From positions 1-57,718 of the IMG/VR virus record IMGVR_UViG_3300044674_004313: a stretch of DNA of 57,718 nucleotides; one strand, given 5' to 3'. Source of the stretch: a virus. Taxonomy: Duplodnaviria; Caudoviricetes. This document shows, one piece after another, positions 1 to 8,688 of this stretch (position 1 is its first letter; every line of letters starts with the position of its first letter). The notes beneath the pieces were generated by a model. That model saw nothing but the letters and a program-made list of their open reading frames with translations. It was not told the DNA's origin and did no database searches. The translations under genes were made by a program, and so were the position numbers.

Positions 1-790
1 GGTTACGTCTGCAACCACAACTTTACCCGATGCGTTAGAGACCAGAGCCCGACTAACCTCCAAGTTGGCGTTTGAAATGGTGGTAGCCGCACCGGTGATG
101 GTAGCCTGCTTACCGTCTAGCTGTGTCTGGATAGCTGAGGTGACGCCATCTAGGTAGCCGATCTCATCGCTGGTTACGGCAGAGGCCACAAGCTTACCTG
201 ACCCATTAGATACTACGGCCCGATCAACATCCAGATCGCTGGACACTACCGTAGTAGCCGCACCAGTGATGGTAGCCTGCTTACCATCTAGCTGAGTCTG
301 GATAGCAGAGGTAACGCCGTCCAGGTAGCCAACCTCATCACTGGTTACAGCAGAGACAGCTACTTTACCGCTACCGTCGGATACCAGAGCTCGGCTGGTA
401 GCCAAGTTATCGCTAACTACAGTGGTAGCCGCACCAGTGATGGTAGCCTGCTTACCATCTAGCTGAGTCTGGATAGCAGAGGTAACGCCATCCAGGTAGC
501 CAATCTCATCGCTGGTTACATCAGAGACAGCTACTTTACCGCTACCATCCGATACCAGAGCCCTGCTAGCGGTGAGGTCAGCATCATCGATGGTGGTAGC
601 CGCACCAGTGATGGCAGCCTGCTTTCCGTCTAGCTGAGTCTGGACAGCAGAGGTGGCCCCACTTAAATAGCCTAACTCCGCGCTAGTGACTGCCGATACA
701 GCTATCTTACCAGACCCGTTGGATATTACTGCCCGGTCAGCCGTGAGATCTTCCGTGTCGATAGTAGACGCCGCACCGGTGATTACTGGC
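1..790 (-). repeat. 171-nt (57-aa) coding tandem repeat, at least 4.5 copies
   Basis: G(T/C)AGCCTGCTT recurs at 101, 272, 443 and 614 (period 171). Confidence 0.9.
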
Positions 791-1413
791 TGACCGCCAG
801 AAGCGGTATCTGCCATATCACCGATGTAAACAAACGCCTCTACATAGTCGGGATCATCATCGGAGCTGGCAGGGGGGTCCTGCTGAAACAGTATCCCTGA
901 GAAGTAGTCTATATACCAGTCCCTAGTGTCGCCGGAGGGAATAAGGGTCCCGGACGCTTTAGTAGTAGCATCCCCACCATAGTAGGCCTTAGCCTCGTAG
1001 GTGCCAGGGGTGGTACTGAAGGGGTCAGGAACTAGCTGTAGACCTCCGTTGGTAGAGCTCAAGGACTTATTATTAGTGAAGTTGCCGGTACCGGCGCTAG
1101 TATTTGAGCTACTAGCCTCGTACGCCGCAGGCAGCTGCAGCTCAAACGCGTGATACTTCCCATTGACCTGGGAAGCTGCGATGGGAACAGCCACTAACCT
1201 GACGTACTCTACGGTGTTATCCGCCCCGCTGATATCATACAGGGCTGTGGTGCTGGGGGCTCCGGGAATAGCTTCACCAAAGATTGTAGCGGTGCTCATA
1301 GAGACACCACTAGACTTGGCCTCGTTAGCTGCATCAAAGCTGTTGTTGGTATGGGCCTTGTTCAGCAGCTTTTTAAGAGCTATGTTCTGTTTAGTTTCTG
1401 AAGAAAAACTCAT
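1..1413 (-). CDS. tail fibre-like virion protein with 57-aa tandem repeats (partial, runs off the left edge; absent from the ORF track)
   Basis: Manual translation from ATG at 1413: MSFSSETKQNIALKKLLNKAHT...DWYIDYFSGILFQQDPP..., then repeats of ITGAATT..RALVSDGSGKVAVSAVTSDEIGYLDGVTSAIQTQLDGKQ. No stop before position 1. Confidence 0.85.
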   Translation of the reverse strand, partial: MSFSSETKQNIALKKLLNKAHTNNSFDAANEAKSSGVSMSTATIFGEAIPGAPSTTALYDISGADNTVEYVRLVAVPIAASQVNGKYHAFELQLPAAYEASSSNTSAGTGNFTNNKSLSSTNGGLQLVPDPFSTTPGTYEAKAYYGGDATTKASGTLIPSGDTRDWYIDYFSGILFQQDPPASSDDDPDYVEAFVYIGDMADTASGGQPVITGAASTIDTEDLTADRAVISNGSGKIAVSAVTSAELGYLSGATSAVQTQLDGKQAAITGAATTIDDADLTASRALVSDGSGKVAVSDVTSDEIGYLDGVTSAIQTQLDGKQATITGAATTVVSDNLATSRALVSDGSGKVAVSAVTSDEVGYLDGVTSAIQTQLDGKQATITGAATTVVSSDLDVDRAVVSNGSGKLVASAVTSDEIGYLDGVTSAIQTQLDGKQATITGAATTISNANLEVSRALVSNASGKVVVADVT

Positions 1414-1416
1414 ACC

Positions 1417-4400
1417 TTAGCTCCAATCTACCTCTATGTTACTGAGATAGCCGGTCCAGCTCTGCCCAGCCACCACCTTAATCATAATGTAATCGTTATG
1501 CGCGGCGAACACCGAACCAAAAGTGATGGTATTGGAGTTAGTCCCGCTGGGGGTGTTGTTAAAGCTGCCACTGAAGGCGCCATCATTGTCACCCGTGTTA
1601 CCTGTAGTGAAAGCCGAAGCTATATCCATCCAGCCTGTGGACTGAGAATTGGATGTGGAGGGCAGCTTCACGAACACCTTTATATTAGTGGCAGACAGGG
1701 AGCCACCACTAGGAACAATAGTGCTACCACTACCATTGATACTGAGGGTAAACGTAGTCTTAGAGGAGTTCGAGTTGTTCTGGAACTTCCTGTAGTACTC
1801 TTTATCCCCTGCCTCCGAAGAGTAGTCTACGTTACCTGCAGGGCCATTAGCTATGGTAGAGAAGTTACCGGAGTTAGCTCCTTGAGTGGGGTACATAAGC
1901 TTTTGGTCGTGCACTAACAGATCTGCAGACCCAGCTATGCTAGACTGAGAGTTCCAGGAGGCACCCGTTACGGCAGCTTGGTTAGCATAAGCCCCAGAGT
2001 CTAGCCTGTAATCCTCTCCACGGAAGGTCTCGTTGAGCACCGTAGAGTTATCAGCAAGGCTGTACAGGAGAATCCCGCTGATACTCTGTCCCCCCGCAGC
2101 TGTTAAGTCCGACTTAACTGGGTGAGGCACGTTAGCACTCACAGAGAGGGCTCCGTCGAGTATGGAGGTTGAGTTGATAGTAGCCGCTATATTACTCAGG
2201 GTTAGCGCTTTGGTGTAGTCGTCAGCGCCTATCGCTGGGATAGCCTGAGACGCTACACTGACGTTAGTAGTGTTAAAGGTGACACTACCCGCGGAGTGGG
2301 TATTTCGGTATGCGTTAGCCACTGAGATGGAGTACTGAGCACCACCGCTTGTGTGGTACTCTACCCCGGATAAGAAGGACGAACCTGCCATAGATAGGTT
2401 GTTCAGCGAGGAACTGGATACGCTTAGGGCGTTGGCGTCCGCGTCTACAAACCACTCTACATACTCAGAGGTATAGTCTACAGCGCCTATGGTGTGCACC
2501 ACCCTAGCGAAGTTCCAACCTTCTCGCTGGGAAGCAGCTGCTACATGGTAGGTGCCAGTACGGTGCTTGAAGAGAGCAAACTCATCCCCGTTAGAGAATG
2601 CACCAGAGTCAGAAGCACTTAGGTTAAAGCCCGTGCCTGCATTCCTGGAATCTATGGCGTTAGCACTAGAGGTGAGGTCCGCGGTGTTAACGGGGTTTGC
2701 GTTGTCGTTAACATACAGCTTTAGAGTGCCTTGGTCAGCATAGCCGAATGCATCGTTGGGGTAGTTGGATCCGTCTGCGGCTACGCTGTCGTTAATCCTA
2801 CCCGATACGTCAGTACTGCCGTTTAGCACTCCTAGCCTTCGGTGCCCTCCACTAGTAGTGACCGAGAAGCTACTACCCTTACCGACGTCAGCTAGAGAAC
2901 TTGCGGGGTCAAGGTTATCGGAGTCTACCGCGTAGTAGACATCACCGTTTATGTTTGTGTCCGCGCCGATAGACAGCAGGGCCGTGGTGCCTGTAGTGCT
3001 AGCACCGATATCTGCATCTGTTAGCCTGGGTGCTGGACTGGGAGCCAAGCCCTTTAGGACCTCGTTAATAGAGTCCATCGCCGTACCTATGGTGGTATTG
3101 GCTGTCCAATCGGAGAAGAGGCCGTCAGCGTAGCTGTTGTCCGGGGCCGGGGGAGCGCCTATGGCACTAGCACTCGAAGACGCTACCGCATCCTGGAAGT
3201 CCTCATCCGCAGCCAAAAGATTAGCTATTGCGTTGTTATCAGCATCGGCCCCGTCAGCTCCGGCAGCACCATCAGCACCATCAGCACCGTCCGCGCCCAC
3301 TAAGCTAGCAAGCCAGGCGGCCTCGTTACCCACGAAGCCATTAGCTACCGCTACGTCGTATGCGCTGTCGCCATCAGCTCCAGCAGGCCCTTGGGCTCCG
3401 ATCTGTCCCTGAGGCCCTGCTGGACCCTCAGCACCCTGGATACCCTGGGGCCCCTGGATGGATCCCCCGTCTACGAAGGAGTTACCGTCAAAGATGTGTA
3501 GGGAGTCATCCGCCTGTACTAGGTAGGCATCGCCTTGAGCGTTACCGTTAGCGGGGAGATCTGCTTCGGTAGCCACGCTACCCTGAAATACAATTCCAGG
3601 ACCTACTGCACCTTGGGCTCCGTCAGCACCCGCGGGGCCCTGGGGGCCTGCGGGACCTTCCGGACCTGCGGGCCCCACATCTCCCTGCGCGCCATCAGCA
3701 CCGTCCGCGCCCACTAAGCTAGCAAGCCAGGCGGCCTCGTTACCCACGAAGCCATTAGCTACCGCTACCTCATAAGCACTGTCACCGTCAGCACCAGCTG
3801 CTCCGTCCGCGCCATCAGCACCTTCCGCGCCCACTAAGCTAGCAAGCCAGGCGGCCTCGTTACCCACGAAGCCATTAGCTACCGCTACCTCGTATGCGCT
3901 GTCACCGTCAGCGCCGGCCGGACCCTGCTCCCCCACTACTGCGGAGTTAACAAACGCGCCGTCCCCGTTTCTTGCTGTGGGATCCCATTTTAGTACGTGG
4001 TTCTCATCTATATTAGCGACAACCACATCTTGTAGGGCGTCTATAGAAGTAGTGGAGAGATCAACCTGCCCGGCCTGTATGTTATCTATAGAAGTTTTCA
4101 GGGCTAGAACCGCAGCACTTAGGTCCGCCCCGATAGCCGATATATCGGCAGTACCTATACGCGATGCCCGCTGAGATACTTCAGCAAAGGTGTTCAAGTC
4201 AGCGTCAAGCTGGTTGAGAACCTCAGTTAGGGTATCATTAGCGTCATCGCCTACATCGACACCCGCAAGCAGATTAACCTGGCCCTGCAGCTCAGCAATA
4301 TCTGTTGCAGTAGCCGCGTCAACACCACCTAACTGGATAGTACCGTCAGCCTGGACCGAGATATCTACTGAGTTGCCCGCCTCTGCCGCAGCATTGACGT

Positions 4401-4521
4401 CAGTTACTAGCCTAAAAATCGGGGAGCTAACCACGTGGGCAGCCATGTTGGCCCAGCGTAGGTTATGGCGCCCTAGAGCGCCCTCCGCATCTCTCTGGGG
4501 TACTATATTAGGGGTTGCCAT
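1417..4521 (-). CDS. collagen-like tail fibre / virion structural protein (1034 aa)
   Basis: Gly-X-Y triplets (GPAGPEGPAGPQGPAG), three GDSAY(E/D)VAVANGFVGNEAAWLASLVG repeats, N-terminal coiled coil and an S/T/N/G-rich beta-type C-terminus. Confidence 0.8.
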   Translation of the reverse strand: MATPNIVPQRDAEGALGRHNLRWANMAAHVVSSPIFRLVTDVNAAAEAGNSVDISVQADGTIQLGGVDAATATDIAELQGQVNLLAGVDVGDDANDTLTEVLNQLDADLNTFAEVSQRASRIGTADISAIGADLSAAVLALKTSIDNIQAGQVDLSTTSIDALQDVVVANIDENHVLKWDPTARNGDGAFVNSAVVGEQGPAGADGDSAYEVAVANGFVGNEAAWLASLVGAEGADGADGAAGADGDSAYEVAVANGFVGNEAAWLASLVGADGADGAQGDVGPAGPEGPAGPQGPAGADGAQGAVGPGIVFQGSVATEADLPANGNAQGDAYLVQADDSLHIFDGNSFVDGGSIQGPQGIQGAEGPAGPQGQIGAQGPAGADGDSAYDVAVANGFVGNEAAWLASLVGADGADGADGAAGADGADADNNAIANLLAADEDFQDAVASSSASAIGAPPAPDNSYADGLFSDWTANTTIGTAMDSINEVLKGLAPSPAPRLTDADIGASTTGTTALLSIGADTNINGDVYYAVDSDNLDPASSLADVGKGSSFSVTTSGGHRRLGVLNGSTDVSGRINDSVAADGSNYPNDAFGYADQGTLKLYVNDNANPVNTADLTSSANAIDSRNAGTGFNLSASDSGAFSNGDEFALFKHRTGTYHVAAASQREGWNFARVVHTIGAVDYTSEYVEWFVDADANALSVSSSSLNNLSMAGSSFLSGVEYHTSGGAQYSISVANAYRNTHSAGSVTFNTTNVSVASQAIPAIGADDYTKALTLSNIAATINSTSILDGALSVSANVPHPVKSDLTAAGGQSISGILLYSLADNSTVLNETFRGEDYRLDSGAYANQAAVTGASWNSQSSIAGSADLLVHDQKLMYPTQGANSGNFSTIANGPAGNVDYSSEAGDKEYYRKFQNNSNSSKTTFTLSINGSGSTIVPSGGSLSATNIKVFVKLPSTSNSQSTGWMDIASAFTTGNTGDNDGAFSGSFNNTPSGTNSNTITFGSVFAAHNDYIMIKVVAGQSWTGYLSNIEVDWS
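3291..3910 (-). repeat. three near-identical ~80-nt coding repeats (DSAYEVAVANGFVGNEAAWLASLVGA) between collagen segments
   Basis: CCCACTAAGCTAGCAAGCCAGGCGGCCTCGTTACCCACGAAGCCATTAGCTACCGCTAC at about 3296, 3710 and 3830. Confidence 0.9.
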
Positions 4522-4907
4522 CAGCTACTCCTGGGTGTTAAGTCTAAACCACTAGCATGCCAATAAATATCGGGGTACAGGAGTAACGGGGCGGGCTGAA
4601 CATCTATGTTAGATACCCTTAGGTATGCCCTACTCCCGTTATCTTCCAATTCTACAGCCACGTCATTAGGCTCACCAGGCGAGTGGTACCAGCTGACCAA
4701 GGGAGGCTGATCAATGTCTGTAAGGTTAAACCTAGTGATCCAGGAGCCCGACCTAGCCGGTATATGGCTACTCGGAGATAGGCTCCCGTCGTCGTTAACT
4801 ACCCACAGAGACTGCTCCGGAAACACCTGAGCCTCCGCGTTTATTACAGCTAGGTCTTCCTGGGTGGGGTTTCCTGTCTGCTCAGGTATGATCCGGATTT
4901 TAGCCAT
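4521..4907 (-). CDS. hypothetical virion-module protein (128 aa)
   Basis: Tightly coupled to both neighbours in the minus-strand operon. Confidence 0.65.
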   Translation of the reverse strand: MAKIRIIPEQTGNPTQEDLAVINAEAQVFPEQSLWVVNDDGSLSPSSHIPARSGSWITRFNLTDIDQPPLVSWYHSPGEPNDVAVELEDNGSRAYLRVSNIDVQPAPLLLYPDIYWHASGLDLTPRSS

Positions 4908-4909
4908 GT

Positions 4910-5269
4910 TTATACCTCTTCAGTCTTTTTCCTTCGACCACGCCTACGTGGCTTAGGAGCTTCCTCTTTCTCTGGCTCTGGGGCAGGCTCTGGGGCAGGC
5001 TCAGGTACTGGGGCAGGCTCAGGCTCAGGCTCTAGCTCGGGAGCAGGCTCGGGAGTAGGCTCTGGAGGAGCTACCGGTGCAGGAGCAGTGGTCTCGTCCT
5101 CTAGGGCGTCCCGCACTATTACAAGCCTACCACGGATGATGTTAGACCTTACGTAGGACCTGCTAAGGACGCTCTGGGGCACGCTGATCGTGCCGCCTTT
5201 TCTTACTCGTACGCCCCCAGGAAGCTTGAAACTTGCACCTGCGGAAACGTTCTTAATCTGGATTCTCAT
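4910..5269 (-). CDS. small Pro/Glu-rich protein with basic C-terminus, downstream of the capsid gene
   Basis: GAGG RBS; PEPAPEP repeats; ends PRRRGRRKKTEEV. Confidence 0.7.
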   Translation of the reverse strand: MRIQIKNVSAGASFKLPGGVRVRKGGTISVPQSVLSRSYVRSNIIRGRLVIVRDALEDETTAPAPVAPPEPTPEPAPELEPEPEPAPVPEPAPEPAPEPEKEEAPKPRRRGRRKKTEEV

Positions 5270-5281
5270 AACTACCTCTGT

Positions 5282-5322
5282 AAAGCAAAAAGCCCCGTAT
5301 ACTCGAATAAGTATACGAGGCT
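5282..5322 (-). terminator. intrinsic terminator after the major capsid gene
   Basis: Minus strand AGCCTCGTATACT-TATTCG-AGTATACGGGGCT followed by TTTTGCTTT. Confidence 0.85.
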
Positions 5323-5357
5323 CATATGCCCTGCCAAAGGCAGATATATACTAGGTA

Positions 5358-6410
5358 TTAGGAGTTGACGCTCTTGAATCCACTGAGCTTAATAACACCC
5401 TTGGTGTTACCGATACCAATACCTGGGCTGCTGTAGCTCCAGAACTCGATCATGTCCGCCTCTTGCTTGATGAAGAGAGTTGCGTCCTGAAGGAGGAAGA
5501 AGTTACCGAGGTAATTCTGTGGAGCGAAGAGGTAGATCTCGTTGTCCTTAACGATGTCATTCTTGATGGTAGTAATGACTGGGACACCGAAGAGCTTATC
5601 CTCCCCCTCGAGACCACGATCGTAGTGTCGGCTAACGATGTCGTTACCAACATCAGTGTAGTCGAACTTGAGCGCCTCCATGAAAGTAGTCTTGCTCATG
5701 AGCATCTTACCAATGGGGAGCTTCTTAGCGCTCATGGCCTGGAACATCTGAGCGATGAGTTCCTTGCTGAGGGGTGCTTGCTGAGTACCAGCACCATCAG
5801 TGTCCGCAAAAAACTCGTTACCATTCAGTAAGTCGCTACCGGTAAACTGACCATTGTGTCCTGCAGCTAGGTGAGTTCTAGTACGAGTGATACCGTTAAT
5901 TGCTACACTCAGTACGTTACCCGCTACCGCAGGCGCAGACTCACCGAGAGCAACATCGATAGTCTCGATGAACTTGCGGTCCTCAACGTCTGCCATGTCT
6001 TTGACAGAGTTGTCGGTGAGGATCTTACGGATGTCGTTCTGGTAGGTGAGGAGCTCAAACTTGCTCTTCATGAAGTGCTGAGACTCAACCTTACCGAAGA
6101 AGACGCTGTAGCGCGGCCCACGGAAGAAGGTACGCTGCCCGCTGCCCTTGAAGGTTACGAAAGTAGCCGTCGAATCGGGCTCCTTCTCGATGATCTTCTT
6201 GGGCTGGTCGGTGTGCTCATCGCGATCGATCTCGTCTGCGCTAAGCTCGACTGGCTCTAGGATCTCGCGAGCAAAGGACTCCTGGCGGAGCTTGCTACGA
6301 ATAAAGCGACTACCCTCATCAGCAGCCTCCTTTACTCGACCCTCATCTAGCTTACGTACAAACGACTGATTGATGAACTGCGCACTAAGGCGCTCGCGCT
6401 CTGTATTCAT
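5358..6410 (-). CDS. major capsid protein (probable HK97 fold)
   Basis: 350 aa, strongly biased codon usage, AAGGAG RBS and a terminator behind it. Lies downstream of the protease and decoration genes. Layout IRSKLRQESFAREIL...DMADVEDRKFI...LFGVPVITTIK...GIGIGN resembles large-phage capsids. Confidence 0.8.
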   Translation of the reverse strand: MNTERERLSAQFINQSFVRKLDEGRVKEAADEGSRFIRSKLRQESFAREILEPVELSADEIDRDEHTDQPKKIIEKEPDSTATFVTFKGSGQRTFFRGPRYSVFFGKVESQHFMKSKFELLTYQNDIRKILTDNSVKDMADVEDRKFIETIDVALGESAPAVAGNVLSVAINGITRTRTHLAAGHNGQFTGSDLLNGNEFFADTDGAGTQQAPLSKELIAQMFQAMSAKKLPIGKMLMSKTTFMEALKFDYTDVGNDIVSRHYDRGLEGEDKLFGVPVITTIKNDIVKDNEIYLFAPQNYLGNFFLLQDATLFIKQEADMIEFWSYSSPGIGIGNTKGVIKLSGFKSVNS

Positions 6411-6434
6411 ATCTATTCTCCTTAGTGCAATCTA

Positions 6435-6974
6435 TTAGCTGACGAAGATGTCGATGGTGTTGTCCGCGGTATTGACTGCCATGACGTGGCCTACGATAAG
6501 AGCGCGGGCATTCATCTCGGCCACCTCATTACCGGGAGCGTCAACATCGATATCTGCTACAGGATTAAGGACACCCTCTACAACCTTGACAGCCTGACCG
6601 GGAGCAAAGTTGCTAGCCGCAGTGCTGAGGATCTGATAATCCTGATTATCGCTGTCTTTACCAGTCTCGGGGAGGCGGACCATGTAGCCACCACCAACTA
6701 AGCAGGTAACCCGGTTAGCAAACTGAGCCGAGTAGTCGTCGCGGCCCTCAATGATGAGGTAGCACTTCTCGCTCACACCGCTATTAACGGTGTTCAAAAC
6801 TGTCTTGGCAGCCATGGTTCCGTCAACGACAGAGGCATCTAGAGACACCCACTGCCCCTGCAAGAACTTGTGAGTTCCGAGACTAGCCTTGCCTGGGATA
6901 ATAAAATCCTCTGCAACAGCGCTAGCGTTAGGCCACCCGCGAAGGATATCAAACTTATTACTTAGTACAGCCAT
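6435..6974 (-). CDS. putative head decoration/cement protein
   Basis: 179 aa, beta-rich, directly upstream of the capsid gene, GAGGAG RBS. Confidence 0.55.
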   Translation of the reverse strand: MAVLSNKFDILRGWPNASAVAEDFIIPGKASLGTHKFLQGQWVSLDASVVDGTMAAKTVLNTVNSGVSEKCYLIIEGRDDYSAQFANRVTCLVGGGYMVRLPETGKDSDNQDYQILSTAASNFAPGQAVKVVEGVLNPVADIDVDAPGNEVAEMNARALIVGHVMAVNTADNTIDIFVS

Positions 6975-6999
6975 CGTACTTCTCCTCTACGTATAACTA

Positions 7000-7347
7000 T
7001 TAAGATAGAATCCAATTAGCGAAGTCTCGGTCAGCCTTAGCAGACCGTGCAGAAGAACCCATCTCTACGCTCGCAACCTTAGTGTTGGAGCCGCCGATGG
7101 TTCCCCCTTCAAGCCCAGTGATGCCTTTGAGGAGGTCTAGCACGTTATCATCAACGCTAGCTAGTTTCTTAGCGACCTCTTCAGAGTCCTCACCGGTTAC
7201 AAAGCTGATCTTATCGACCATAGGTGTAATGGTCTCACGACGCTTTGCTTCCTTAATCTGAGTTAGCTCAGTGCTGAGCGAGCTCTTTTCGTCTGCAACA
7301 GCATCGAGTACGTCAGCTACTTTTAATAAAAAGCTAGTGGTGCTCAT
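7000..7347 (-). CDS. head/scaffold-associated protein with K-x-A motifs
   Basis: KVAD, KLAS and KVAS motifs; coiled coil. Confidence 0.7.
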   Translation of the reverse strand: MSTTSFLLKVADVLDAVADEKSSLSTELTQIKEAKRRETITPMVDKISFVTGEDSEEVAKKLASVDDNVLDLLKGITGLEGGTIGGSNTKVASVEMGSSARSAKADRDFANWILS

Positions 7348-7350
7348 TGC

Positions 7351-7494
7351 TTAACCCTTAATCTTACGTCTAAGTAATTCTAGACCGGTCGCAGCAACAA
7401 CCAAACTAGCAGTTTTTTGGAGCTTCTCTTGGTCAGCCTTAGCCGCGTGCTCACGGAGAGCAGAAGCTAACTTCTTCAGATCCTCAGACCTCAT
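7351..7494 (-). CDS. 47-aa K-x-A motif protein (below the ORF-track cutoff)
   Basis: MRSEDLKKLASALREHAAKADQEKLQKTASLVVAATGLELLRRKIKG*. Fills the gap between neighbours; AAGGAG RBS upstream. Confidence 0.75.
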   Translation of the reverse strand: MRSEDLKKLASALREHAAKADQEKLQKTASLVVAATGLELLRRKIKG

Positions 7495-7495
7495 G

Positions 7496-7708
7496 CTAGC
7501 AGCTCCTTATAAACTTGTGGATATCTTCGTAGGTAGGCTCAGACGATACTTCGCGAACCATAGAAGCTATCTTAACGAGAGCTTGAGCATCGCCACCGAC
7601 AACTTCACGCTTCGGCCTAGCGGCCTCTGCAGCTGCAGCTTGCTTCTCTAGCTCACCAGATCGGGCTTGCTCTAGGATGCTATCCAGAGTTGTTGAAAAC
7701 TCAGACAT
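7496..7708 (-). CDS. small K-x-A motif head protein (70 aa)
   Basis: KQAA and KIAS motifs; GAGGA RBS. Confidence 0.7.
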   Translation of the reverse strand: MSEFSTTLDSILEQARSGELEKQAAAAEAARPKREVVGGDAQALVKIASMVREVSSEPTYEDIHKFIRSC

Positions 7709-7711
7709 TTA

Positions 7712-8104
7712 TCAATCCTCCCCTGTGAGTAGTGGAGTGAGTTCCCTGAGGGCATCAACGTCTGCTGCACTAAAGCCGGAGGTAGATCCACCTCCAGATA
7801 TGCCTGAAGTTAGAGCGCCTAGTAGCTTAGGAAGGGCTAGGCCCGCAGCCGCTCCAGTGAGCATATAAGGCATACGGGTATTCTCTTTTGCTTCCTCTGC
7901 GCCAGTGCTCCTACCCATGTAATAGGCAGGTACTGCACCAGCTAGCAGAGCAACTGCTGGAGAGACCCTAGCTACTTTAACCCTAGGCTGCCTAGAAATT
8001 AGCACCGAGTCTGCAACATAGGACACAGCATCCACTGTGCCTTTACCCAGAGCAGAGGCTTCTTTCTCGAATAGCTTAAGGTAGTGTTGAGACTCGGGAG
8101 ACAT
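7712..8104 (-). CDS. putative internal virion protein with hydrophobic Gly/Ala segments
   Basis: KEAS and KVAR motifs; two hydrophobic stretches. Confidence 0.65.
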   Translation of the reverse strand: MSPESQHYLKLFEKEASALGKGTVDAVSYVADSVLISRQPRVKVARVSPAVALLAGAVPAYYMGRSTGAEEAKENTRMPYMLTGAAAGLALPKLLGALTSGISGGGSTSGFSAADVDALRELTPLLTGED

Positions 8105-8110
8105 TTCTAT

Positions 8111-8647
8111 TTACCCTTGCAGGCTAGAGAGAACTTTTAAAGCATCGTTGTAGCCGGCCTCTGCGTATTTCTCAGCAGCTACTTTGATATGCTCCATCGT
8201 CTCTGAGTAACCCTGCTCGACTGCAGCGCTAGCAATCTTCTCTAGGTTATCCTTGGTCTCACGATAGCCAAGCTCCATAGCTTGCTTAACGAGCTCAGGA
8301 TTCTCAGAAGCGAACTTATCAAATCCGCCTTCAGCACCAAAAGACGCAACCTTAACGCCTTGGCCTTCGTAGTCGCCCATGCGACTGATAAAGCCGTCAC
8401 ATACAGCAGCACCATAGAGCTCTGCCTCTTTGAGGAGGGCCTCTTGCTCAGCGTTAGCGAGCTGCTCAGCAATCTTGGTGAGATCCTGAGTAGGGGTCGA
8501 AGGCTCATGGCTAGCAACCTTAGTGAGCTCCGACTGCTCAGCTAGAGCTGCATCAAGAGCTGCGCTAAGATCGTTGCTGTTGTCCACCGCTACTTTCTCG
8601 GTAGCAGGGGTATCGGAAAGTGAGTTTAGGACATCTGCGAGATCCAT
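8111..8647 (-). CDS. acidic helical scaffold-like protein, very rich in K-x-A motifs
   Basis: Ten K-x-A occurrences in 178 aa; GAGGAG RBS; directly downstream of the protease gene. Confidence 0.7.
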   Translation of the reverse strand: MDLADVLNSLSDTPATEKVAVDNSNDLSAALDAALAEQSELTKVASHEPSTPTQDLTKIAEQLANAEQEALLKEAELYGAAVCDGFISRMGDYEGQGVKVASFGAEGGFDKFASENPELVKQAMELGYRETKDNLEKIASAAVEQGYSETMEHIKVAAEKYAEAGYNDALKVLSSLQG

Positions 8648-8688
8648 AATTTACTCCTCAAAACTTGTCTAGTTAAAGGTGGTTAATT

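Noticed and set aside
5308-5318. ATAAGTATACG in the capsid terminator, matching the promoter core
   Set aside because: It lacks the TGnT prefix and TYCT suffix, is explained by the terminator stem, and has no plus-strand gene downstream. An antisense promoter cannot be fully excluded.
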